A model generated the notes under the pieces. It did no database searches. It was not told the origin of the DNA and was given only the letters and a program-made list of their open reading frames with translations. A DNA stretch of 64,000 bases from Antedon mediterranea (Eukaryota; Animalia; Echinodermata), in assembly GCF_964355755.1 (NCBI RefSeq), contig NC_092677.1, positions 27,949,175-28,013,174 of the forward strand, in the 5' to 3' direction. The position numbers were made by a program, and so were the translations under genes. Of this stretch, positions 27,116 through 41,163 are shown piece after piece. Each line of letters begins with the position of its first letter. The stretch's first letter is position 1.

Positions 27116-27545
27116 AATCGCAGTCAGAGATTTAAACAACTTTAAGTTTAGTTTGAACAGCTTTACATTATAGGCAAATATATCATTATGTGAGAATAAA
27201 TGACATTACAATACAATAAGTAGGTATGATAATACAGTAGATTTATAAAGTTTTTAGAGTGCTTTAGTTGTCCGGTAACGAAGTGCTATTTATCATTCAC
27301 AATTTAATTTATATTACAGTCAAAAAGTAACTCCAAAATCCTTCTATCATATCACTATCACATTTAATTCAATGCCTTTATGATTTATGTAACATATTAC
27401 GTAATTATTTGATGAATATTTAAAGAGAATATTTAAAGAAAATGTTTAACAAAATTTAAGTGATGACACTTATTTAGTTTTTTTTTTCATTTTGTAGTAT
27501 AGCGCCACCACCACATGTTTCGAACAACGGCATCAAATAAACAAA

Positions 27546-29350
<1,805 letters not shown>

Positions 29351-30289
29351 TGGAATTGGAAGATAATTATTGAATGGGGTTGATAAGTTGAATGATAGTG
29401 ATGAAAAGAATGAAACACAACAAGACCTGTAGTGGGAAAGTCCAATACATCACTACCAGTCTGAAAACTATAAAAGACAAAGCGCAATAGAAAACATGCT
29501 ATTGGCACTAATATAAATACAAGTATAGTATTAGTTTACAGATGATTGACTTGTTTGATTAAAAACATACCTGTTTAACAGAAAGTGTCAAGTACATTTT
29601 TATTTGAATGGTTAATCAACAAAAGCTTGTTCGTTGAGCACTAACGTAGTGTTAGAAATACTCCATTGTCAAACACAAAAATGTGTAACTTAATGTTTTG
29701 TTTTAATTAAATATGTGTCATGTATGATTTTGTTGTAATTTTGGTTTGTGTAAGAAAGAAAGGCATGATGGGATACCATACTTTCTGGAAAAAAATGTTG
29801 CGACTGGGTAGAGAATACAGATGACGTTTGGAATATGTCATGGAAAATGTTGTAATATTAATTTGTGAAGACAGGATGGGAAAATAATATTAAGGCTGGG
29901 TGGGGTATGTACAGTAGAGTGTTTATTGTTTTGTAATGATGAAATGAGTACTTCATGAACACAAAATTGGATTGGATACCGTACATGAATGAGATAATTG
30001 TGTATATATTAGTTAAGTAGCTGTTTTGTATCATGGTAGATATAGATTTCAAAATAAAAGAATACATTTTAATGTTTATTTGTGAATCATTTTATTTGTT
30101 TATTTTAATCCAAATTATTAAGGTATTAAAATGATGATTGATAGTTACTAGATTAAGTTTTTACTTAGTATGAGACCAATTATTCCATGAGACAAACTGC
30201 TCAAATTACTTCACATTTTTTGTTACAAATCTAACTAGCAATGCAGGTAATTACACATCTCTTACAGAAAATGAATAAAAATAACTGCC

Positions 30290-33200
30290 TCACAATAACC
30301 CCTGTCTCTTAAGATCCTCGTAAGTCTTCTTATTTACGACGTTGCCAATTGAGTCTTCAAATTCCTCCTGAAAATAAACAAGTTCAAATTGTGTGCATGT
30401 TCGTTTATTTTATTCACATTTATTTGAAACAGCTCAAGAAAAAAAACAAGCATACATTTACAATAAGTTAAATATATAAGAGATTTTCAGGGATCAGAAA
30501 AAAATGTAAAAAGAACTTGTCTTATACCAACCCCTAAACAGAACAAATATACAAATAAACTGCTGCATGACTTATCATTTCTCGAGAAGACGGCTGCATC
30601 ATAAAAGAGACGTTGAGACATTCTCAACCATACTTTCCTTTTGGAAACAAATGGTGTACCACAAGCTTACTTTAAAAACTGAAACAAATTACAACTTTTG
30701 GAAACAAATGGTGCACCACAAGCTTACTTTAAAAATTGCAACAAATTACAAAGTTTACACCAAAATATTGTTTAATGTATTCTCTACCAACCTCAGTTTC
30801 TGGTTGAAATCGTTCAGCAGTTTTGGATGATTTTAACTTTTCCCACACTGCAAAAAATTAGAAAAAATAAAACAAAACTGTTACTATTGTGCATACAGTA
30901 TGTATACATTAATCAAATGCACTGCAATTGTTCAATACAATTCAGCCTTGAGATAAAGCAGTATTAATACTGCAATTGTTCAATACAATTCAGCCTTGAG
31001 ATAAAGCAGTATTAATACTGCATTTGTTCAATACAATTCAGCCTTGAGATAAAGCAGTATTAATACTGCAATTGATCAATACAATTCAGCCTTGAGATAA
31101 AGCAGTATTAATACTGCAATTATTCAATACAATTCAGCCTTGAGATAAAGCAGTATTAATACTGCAATTATTCAATACAATTCAGCCTTGAGATAAAGCA
31201 GTATTAATACTGCAATTATTCAATACAATTCAGCCTTGAGATAAAGCAGTATTAATACTGCAATTGTTCAATACAATTCAGCCTTGAGATAAAGCAGTAT
31301 TTTCAGTCCTACAACGGTTCACTGAATAAGAAGTAAGAAGTGTACTTACATGCTAGAGCATCTTCTATGTTAGTAACATTTGCAAAATGTGCTGTGTTTG
31401 GGATACCAAGACATCTCATACCATGTGCATGACGCCATTCCTACAATCAATAGAAACAAATATGTGTAACAGAATTCCAACAAGTGTCCTTTTTTGGTAT
31501 ATGTACAAACTTCAACAAAATTAGTACAGTATATGTCAACAAACAATTTAATAAAATCAAATCTTTATTTGTTCCATATATAAAATGTGTACATGGAAAA
31601 ATTGTTTTCCTCGACAGAAAGTATAGTAAAACATTCACAATTACATCAATTAAATAATATTATTAAAGTTGTAAAAATGCTAGATGATTTACTTACAGCA
31701 AAATGTCTCTGGAATGCCTTTGGTCCTCTGTATGTCTGCTCTCCACAGATCTCACAAGAGTAGTTGATATTTAAACCATGTAACTTGTACAACCAATAAG
31801 GTATAGGCTAAACAAAATAAGCAGATTGAAAAGTAAAATACACTACATTTATTGTGTATATAATAATAATAATGATATAGCACCTAATACAATGTTTCTA
31901 AGCTCTTTACACACAAAAAATGATCCATAAAATGTGTAATTAACCAAAAAAGGAGGAAAAGCAGAGGAACCATTTACACCGCTCCATTCTCAAGCACTTT
32001 GAAGCTCTCATATGATAGCTTACTGGAACAGTATTCACAGAAGCTTGAGTGAAAAAGGCATCTGTCTAACCTATCCTACTAAAATAAATATCAATCCATA
32101 AATAATATTTAGTTTACATTAATTAATTTTAGTTTATTCCAACGAATGTGTTGAGTTGAAAGAAACTCAAATCTTGTACCTTTCCATCCCAGCCTAGTGG
32201 AAGGTTTTTAGGGTTATAAATGACCTCATCATCCTCATCATCACTGTCACTATCGCTGTATTGTTCAACCTCGTCATCCTCTCGCTCTGCATCTGTACGT
32301 GCCTGCTTACGTTGAATGTTCTCACGGGTAGATAATCGTTGCTCCTGTAGGGAAGAAAAAACAAATTCTCTTTAATTCTCCCAGTTTATCTTATTGCACG
32401 GCCCAAATATGGTAGTGATATGACATCACTATGTCCATATATGGGCACATCACATTTTTATTCACATCAAGTTTAATATTGTAGACAAAGCTTTACTCTT
32501 CCCCATTACATAACTTCCCCCTCTAGATATACTGCCTGGGTACAGATAATATAATGCAATTGATTATTTCCCCAGAGCTCACCCAGTTGTTTTTACTAGA
32601 TATTAATGGTAGTTCAGAGTACTAAATCAAACCTTGCATATCAGGTTTGATAAAACAAATGAGTACTTTTTTAATTAAATGCTAAATTTATCTGCTGTTA
32701 CATCAAATGCACTTACCCCAAGTTGTTCTGACAGGTAGTACAATTGTGCTTCCAGAAAACCAATGTCTTTGTGCTTTTCGCTGTCTCTGCAATTACAAAA
32801 TAAAGACATCAGAAAATGGATATTGAATAAATAACACATTATTTATGATATTTCAGTTTAAATATCAAAGGATCTAACCCATTGACCCATCCATCAACTA
32901 GAATGTGTAATTATATTGATAATAGCACAAAAAATACCTACTTTTTGCCTCCTTTGCCAGATTTACTTTTAGCAAACAATGACGGGTCTAGCTGGTTCAG
33001 AGGAACGCCTTTTGTGGTAAACAGTCGCTGAGCTCTCTGATCTAATGTGCCACCACATTTCAAATTTAGCGCCATCAAGGCAGATTTTAAACGATCAAGA
33101 CCCAACGATGCAAGTTCTTCTGATGATGAGAACGCAGACAAGTCTAAATGGGCACCGGCGTATGTCATGGCACTACTGGCTTCTTTCTGCATAAATGAAT

Positions 33201-35743
33201 ATTTACAATTTGTCAGTTCAGTATCATCAAATGATATTATTCAATACTATTTTTTAAAATGTATACTGTGATGATGTTGGTGGTTGATGAATTAAACTAT
33301 TGGTAGTTTTGTTACAAAAATAGAAGACATTGTAATTTTACCTGCCATCCTGGGAATTGTCCTGCCTCCCACTGCTTCTCAAATTCTACCTTAACATTCT
33401 CTATTTCATCACTAAGGTCAATGAGGGGTTGAATCCTTATCAAGTATCCTCCAAGATATTCCAACAGCATTTCAATATACCTGTGTATATAATAGACCAC
33501 AAATAACATGAGTATAGCTATAGCTGTCAACATTTTGTTAACTTCTTTTAAGCAGCAGGTAAAGATGATAAATGTAATTGAATCTTACCGCCTGTATTCC
33601 GCATTCTTCTTGTCTTTTGGAACATCAAATAAGTGATCAAATGTGGACAGGTATGTTAAATAATCCAATTTCTAAAACACCAAAAAAATAAACAAAGTTA
33701 CAGAATTATTCTTCGCTTTAATCCACTTTATCTGCCAAACTGTATTTTGATATACACACTAACATAGGTATATATACTCACACAAATATTGGAAACATTT
33801 TAGGCAAAATTATTAGTGTGGCGTTTTAAAATCCAGTCACTTTGAATGGTAAATATTTACATATATTTATTATCTTACCTCAACTCCTTTTAAATTGATA
33901 AACTTATCATAACATTCATGCAGATCCAGGTATTTGCCATAGCCCTCCTCGTCTGTAAATTCCACCAACATTTGATTTTCATCAGCTGGGTTAGTACGTT
34001 CCTCATCCAACATTTCAAACTCTACAGACATTGGAACTGATATCTGTAAGATGTATAATAATGTGTTATAATAATGGTGTTAAATTAAAAACGATAAATA
34101 TCAGGAAATCTGTGAGTGAGGAAAAGCGACCCCCAACCAAGATTCGAAATCGGAAACTTCATGCTTCATATGCAGATGTTCTAACTATAAATATAATGCT
34201 GCTGCATAGGTGCTTTTTATTTTTACACTAAATAACCTTTAATACATATTAGCTGAATTGAATGGTAAATTAAGATTTAAATGCTGGGAGGGAGATTACC
34301 TCATTTGGGTGTTTCTTGTGAAAATCCTTGAGCGTTTTCAATCTTGCATAAAATTCTTGAAACTCATTTGGTCCAGACAAAGCCTGCACTTCTTCCTTAC
34401 GCAGTCTGACAAAAGAAGACAAAACAAATGAAACATTTAATGAATGAAGTAATCAAAAACAAAATATTCCTACACTATACTACTGTATATGCCTTCATGA
34501 TTTTGTTCATTTCTACTAAACTTACCCATCTTTGTCCTCATACAACTCTTTCAGCTTGTGGGAGCTCTCCATATGCCTCTGTAAATAACGAAAGCATATA
34601 AAGAATATTTGGTTTGATATACCATAGGTTCAATTAAATGTAGTATACAATCAATTAGACACATTTTATGAAAGAAATTTAAAATGATTCCTGAATCCAT
34701 TTGTGTTGTTGTTTTTTTTTGTTATTCAAATGGGTGTGTAGTGTAAAAAAAGCAAAAAAAGGTAAAACAATCTTCTACATTTGGTTAGTTTGTGGAATTA
34801 TAACCGTACTGTAGAAGTATTATATCTGGTACAAAACAACGGGACGATTCAGCACGGGACTACTCGGCCCCGAGACGATTCAGCATACTTAAATTTATCG
34901 GCTTTGATATGCATTTTATAAGCATAAAATAAGCTTTTTTCCCCAAACTTTATTTTCAGAGAGACGATAGGGTAGTACTACTAGGGATAAAGATGCAATA
35001 AAGCAAAAATTTTGAAAACTTTGTCGAAAATGATCATTTTTTAGTCATGCCCATGGTGCATTACTTACATCACGCAGGATTTTGACACTCTGATCAGAGT
35101 TGATCTGCTCTCTTGTCTGTAAATAAAATGAATTATTAATTTAATTTGTTTCTCCAGTATGTTATACGCATTTAGTAGCCCTTGTATTTTACTACTAGAC
35201 TACTGCAATACCGTACTTATTACGGTAATAAGCCTACATACACGTTCCAACTATAGCATTAACAAGGTATATATAAAGATACTGTACTATGCCTACAGTA
35301 CTACTACTAGGCTACTCTAGGGTCAGTATTAATATTATTAAATTGCCTTACTCCATGTTATCAATCAAACAAAAATCGATTGTCTGTAGCTAGATTTCTT
35401 CTCTACAGAGCAGTCAGAACCAAGTATTATTAAGATTTATGTTTGTAATCAATAACAATTTAGTTTAAACACAATTCCTACGGGAATAATTGAATATGAA
35501 AAGGCTAGGCCTAGCTAGGTCTCCTATTCACCCCAACACACATGGATGGTCGCACACGAAGCCGGTTGAAGAGCCTAAACTAACCCTACCATAACTTATC
35601 TAATTTAATTACACCTAGCTAGCTAGGCCTAATTCTTATCAACTTACAGAATTCTTTTTGTGAAGCATTTCTTTCGTCATTGCATTCACGATCCGCTCCT
35701 TTTCTTCATGGAGCCTTCTTTGCTGCTCTAATAAAGTTTCCAT
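30290..35743 (-). CDS. SF3A3: Splicing factor 3A subunit 3 (SF3a60), 501 aa
   Basis: 14 exons: 35648-35743, 35069-35116, 34526-34578, 34300-34405, 33879-34043, 33589-33671, 33342-33480, 32942-33186, 32717-32786, 32180-32344, 31697-31807, 31350-31440, 30792-30847, 30290-30367 (1506 nt). [62 protein letters not shown]. Confidence 0.97.
30921..31300. repeat. 48-bp minisatellite, about 8 copies, in an SF3A3 intron
   Basis: ACTGCAATTGTTCAATACAATTCAGCCTTGAGATAAAGCAGTATTAAT repeated. Confidence 0.97.
32401..32494 (-). mobile_element. MITE family A partial copy
   Basis: Reverse complement of AAAGCTTTGTCTACA..AAACTTGATGTG..GATGTGCCCATATATGGAC..ATATCACTACCATATTTGGGC. Confidence 0.65.
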
Positions 35744-36053
35744 TTTTTAGGAAAAAACTCAAACAACAAACGCCGCACTTTCGTTTTTTTCGCGAAATCA
35801 ATCTTAAAAGTTGCCAGAAAATCAAATTACAAACAACCCAATTTTTCCTCCGCACACAAAAAAAATGTCAGAATGAAAAACTAAAAATAGAACAGACGTA
35901 ATCGTAAACCTTCCGTGCATGCGCATTACATCTTTGTTTGTATTTTGATCTGCTGTGTGTGATTCACACTCAGTTGATATTTATTTCATTTCATTACCCC
36001 TAGTTTTACACTCTATTAACAGACGTACTGAACTGTAATAAGTAAAAATAAAA
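35744..36053. promoter_or_regulatory. Putative bidirectional promoter SF3A3 / IST1 with IST1 5' UTR exon
   Basis: Head-to-head ATGs 721 bp apart; CpG-containing patch with TTCGCGAA and NRF1-like GCATGCGCA; candidate UTR donor AAG|GTTCGT near 36054 and acceptor TTTCAG at 36425. Confidence 0.55.
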
Positions 36054-36463
36054 GGTTCGTTTAAAATTATATACTATCTTTTTATAGGAAGTAACTAATG
36101 ACGATTGCAGAGACCAGTTTTAGTTTACAGTGAGTGTCAGTGTAGTGTTGGAGGCCCTACCTCATAGCCTAGGCCTCCTCCTCTCCTCTCTCTCGATCAT
36201 CTCTCATCCCTACCAAAACAGCTTGCTGACTGCCTATATTGCTAGCTGTACATCTAGGTTGTCCAGGTTAGAGGTTAGCCCTGTTTAAGCCCTAAAAGTA
36301 TCCATCCATACTTAGGACTGTGAGATAGATTAGTAGTATTGACGACAAGATCATCCTGACTGATACATCATCACATTCAACATTCACAAGTTTTAACTTA
36401 TTTTTTTAAATAATATTTTTTTCAGAATCACAAAACAAAAGTGAGTGATCAAAAGTGACTAAA

Positions 36464-39400
36464 ATGGGTTTCAACAAAAGCAAATTGAAAGTGAATTTAA
36501 AATTAGCCATTAACAGGTTAAAATTGATGGAAAAGAAGAAAAGTAAGTATAGTCATTATCATATCATTCTCATAAAGAATAACATCATATTATTATAAAT
36601 TAATTAATTTACTTACACTGGTATATGTTGATAGTTGTGTCACTGAAATTTTTACTAATATCTAAATTAAATTTTTTTTTTAAAGCTGAGTTGGCGTTAA
36701 AAGCTAGGAAGGAGATTGCTGATTACATCTCTAATGGCAAAGAGGATAGAGCAAGAATTCGGGTAAAATAAAATATACTGAAATCTATTATTGAAAGTAT
36801 GTATTGTATTGACAGAAAAAAAAACAATTGATATATTGGTACATGTATATTTTTTTTTTGTAGGTTGAACACATTATTCGTGAAGATTACTTGGTGGAAG
36901 CTATGGAAATAATAGAGCTGTATTGTGACTTTTTGTTGGCCCGCTTTGGTATCATTGAGACGACTAAGTGCGTTGATGAAGGCCTAGAAGAGTCTATTTG
37001 CTCCATCTTGTGGGTTACTCCTAGGCTAAGCGCAGACATTCAAGAACTTAAAGTGGTAACTATGTTCTGCCTTTCTTTTTCACATTATTTTATTCTAATT
37101 TTTATATGATAATACTAAGCATTGATGTAGCCATGTGAAATAAAGTGGTCCGATTTTCGCAAGAAAAGGGAATAATCTCTGTTCAAGCCGCTGGGTTGTC
37201 AAAGGCCTCTGTGAAAAAGTAAGAAACCTTACCAACTATACTGGTGGCTACGGCCCTGCTAAGAACAGTACAGTAGCTTAATTTGATAGTGTTTTGTCTT
37301 TTTCTAGGTATCAGAGCAATTTCATGTTACTAAGTACAGTAGCTTTTAAGTAGCTTAATGTGATAGTGTTTTGTCTTTTATTTAGGTATCAGGCCAATTT
37401 CATGTTCCCAAGTACTGTAGCTTAATGTGATAGTGTCTTTTTTTTTATAGGTATCAGACCAATTTTTCATGAAGTATGGCAAACCATACTGCTCAGCAGC
37501 TAGAGCAGATGAGCATGATGTTGTCAACCAAAGAGTAAGTTTCTAAACACCTACTAAGGTTCACACTTAACTGTATTTCATTGACTGGAGTATTTGTACT
37601 TTTAAGGAAACTTTTTGGATTCATTTTTTCTTGTCTGCATTTTAAATTAATTTGTTTTAATGTTTTGTGTACCAATCATAGTTTGTTTTATATAGTCCTA
37701 AAGCTCTGTCTACACTACTTTATTTGTTTGTTTGTACAGGAGGAGGGGGTGATGATGCCCTGGTGGTCAATATATCACCTAGGCAAGCTCTGTCTACACT
37801 ACTTTATTTGTTTGTTTGTACAGGGGGAGAGGGTGATGATGCCCTGGTCAATAGATCACATAGGCTCAAAATATTAACTGTATGTTTCTATATGTATATA
37901 ATAATAAGTTTAATCTTTATTTATGTACTTCCTTTTTACAGTTAAAGTTAAAGATGAGTTACCAAGCGCCACCAAAGTCACTCATAGAAAATTACATGAT
38001 TGAAATTGCTAAAAGTCACAATGTTCCATTTGAGCCAGATCCAACCGTGCTATACAATGTAAGGGTAAAGCTACTTATTTCAATAACCAACCAATAACCA
38101 ACCAATAGCCAACCGATAACCAACCAATAACCAAACAATAACCAACCAATAACCAACCAATAACCAACCGATAACCAACCAATAACCAAACAATAACCAA
38201 ACGATAACCAACCGATAACCAACCGATAACCAACCGATAACCAACCGATAACCAAACGATAACCAAACGATAACCAAACGATAACCAAACGATAACCAAC
38301 CGATAACCAACCGATAACCAACCGATAACCAACCGATAACCAACCGATAACCAACCGATAACCAACCAATAACCAAACAGTAACCAACCGATAACCAACC
38401 GATAACCAACCAATAACCAACCAATAACCAACGATAACCAACCACCAACCAATAACCAAAAATATTAAGTGAATATAATAATTATTTCATTTTTTCAAAT
38501 CTTGTAGCCTGCAGATGTAGAGGCATTGCTAATAGAAACTGATGAAATGGGCGGAGCCTCTGGAAGCAGTAAGCCAGGGAGTGGCCCTGGTAATGGTGGG
38601 GGAGGGTTAGCCCAGCCTTTGGTGGCACAGCCTTTTCCATATCCTGCTCAGGTAAGCATAGAATTGGTTGGTTGGCTTTTTTTTCTGCTTTTAATAGGCT
38701 AGGATAATCCAGATAGCTTTTTCACTTTTTAAACTCTAGTGAGTTCTGTTCTTGGGTAGTCTCTCATTTTTAAGCTTTAAATTTCTGCAGAGTGGTGCAG
38801 TAAAATAGAAAATTTAAATGTTTTTCCCCTTAATTATCAAATTATCAGCTTTACTTGTAGAAGGTTAGATTAGGTTGCTTTACTACTATACTTAAGGTGT
38901 GCTTAGTGAATGGTGTGGTAGTTGGTACTGTAGCTTTTTTGGTAACATTTTTACAGTGACTTATATTAAGCACCGTTGTTTGGTAGTAAAGGTTTGTACT
39001 CTGCATTGTTTTACTCTTTAAAGATTAAAAATTTAGCACCCACTTAAAAGATACGCCTTAACATGCTAACTTGATACGCCTTAACATGCTAACTTGATAC
39101 GCCTTAACATGCTAACTTGATACGCCTTAACATGCTAACTTGATACGCCTTAACATGCTAACTTGATACGCCTTAACATGCTAACTTGATACGCCTTAAC
39201 ATGCTAACTTGATACGCCTTAACATGCTAACTTGATACGCCTTAACATGCTAACTTGATACGCCTTAACATGCTAACTTGATACGCCTTAACATGCTAAC
39301 TTGATACGCCTTAACATGCTAACTTGATACGCCTTAACATGCTAACCCTAACTAACCATCATAACTTTATGTTTTATTTATTTAACATGTCTAATACCAT

Positions 39401-41132
39401 TAATATAGCTAACATTTATTAATGAAAATAATACAATTTAACAGGATAACTTGTTATTGCACAATAACAAACTATCCTACCCTAAACAGAAAAATCTGAA
39501 TGACGGAAAACATTTAAGAGAAAAGAGAGTTGTTATTGCTTTAGAATTTAGATTTTGTTTTGTGTTGTTTTTTTAATTCAATAGTTTTGTTTGAATTATT
39601 TTGTTTATTACCTCCGCCAAGGAGGTTATGTTTTCACCCCTGTATGTTTGTGTGTGTGTCTGTGAACAGCCTGGAGGCCACAGTTTTTATCCGATTCTAA
39701 CCAAATTTGGACACAATGATCTATGCCCAAAAAGCTCGGACGAGTTCGAATTTGAGGGGGAAAAGTCATAGGTCAAGGTCACAACTAACAAAAAACTATT
39801 TTACTGCCTAGAGACCACAGTTTTGATCCGATTCTCACCAAACTTAGCCACAATGTTCAATGACACATCATATAATTGTGGTTAAATTTTGAATGGTCAG
39901 GGTCAAAGATCAAGGTCCACAAAAAAAAAATAAAAAAATAAAAAAATAATAAAAAAAAAAACCCCTCAGTGGAACTTGAACCAGCGATCTCAACTATGAG
40001 AGGCTGGATACATAACCATTAGACCACACTGTCATCCACAACTTTGTAGTGTGCAGTTAACATATTTACACTTAGAACTAATAAAAAAAAATTTAAAAAA
40101 AAAATATTCAGGGGACATTTTATGTAGGGGAATTTTACAGTAGGCGGAGGTTTGTACTCTCGGAGTACCCTCTAGTTATTTATATTCTTATGTGTTAAAA
40201 ACAATTCTATGCTATTTCTAATATTAAAATTGTATTTGTTTATGTTTTTCTCATTTTAATTAACTCCAATTAATGACCTTTGAGGTCATATTTAATTGGA
40301 GTGTTATTAAATGAGTACTGTATGTTGCACTTTATGTTTTCTGTTATGCACGCATGTAGAATGATCCAGCATATCCACCACAGCACAGGTTTAAGCAGAG
40401 TGGACCTCCTCCCCCAATACCAGGGAGACCACCAGTAGCCACCTCACATCAGGTAGGAGTACCTCTACAGGTACACCCTGTACATAAACAATGGGGTACT
40501 ACCACTACACACAAAGGCATTGTTATCATTATTGCTAGAAAATTATTAGTAACGCAGATATTTTATTTAATATTTTGAATCAGTGTAGTTTAGAATTTTG
40601 TTTTTAAATTTATCAAAAAGAGCAGTTTACAACATTAAGGTCTACTAGCTATAATTCAATATTTAGGTTTTGTTATAGTGATAACATGGAAGAATAAGTA
40701 CAGACTTATTTCTCAATGGTGAGTAAAAGATTTGCCGCTGTAAGCAATAAATAAGTAACTAATAAATATGCTGATTTTTATCCCAAGTGGCATTTTATGT
40801 ATTACAAAAGCTATTACCTACAAGAGTGCTCCTTGATGCTTTCTGAGTTTATTACCTACAAGAGTGCTCCTTGATGCTTTCTGAGTTTTTACTCAGATTT
40901 AACAGTAGAATTATATGTACAATATGTATACTATACTTGACTGGGTCTGTACTAATAACCTAGGTATATAGTACAGCTTAGAGCGGTTATATCTACACTT
41001 GGATTTAGGATAAAGTAATGGGATTAAGGATAGTATCTAAATCAGCCCTGATCTAAAGTATGGTTGGATTAAGGATAGTGTCTAAAGTAAGGTGGATTAT
41101 AACCAAACATGTGATAATTGATCATATGATTA

Positions 41133-41163
<31 letters not shown>

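Noticed and set aside
37745-37865. C/D box snoRNA (GTGATGA motifs)
   Set aside because: No suitably placed CTGA D box or terminal stem; part of a local duplication.
38016-38459. Three overlapping hydrophobic ORFs (VIGWLSVGYRL repeats)
   Set aside because: Translation of an 11-bp minisatellite lacking stops on the minus strand, inside an IST1 intron.
39962-40033. Functional tRNA-Glu or tRNA-Met gene
   Set aside because: Acceptor and T stems do not pair properly and the anticodon loop is irregular; kept only as a tRNA-derived sequence.
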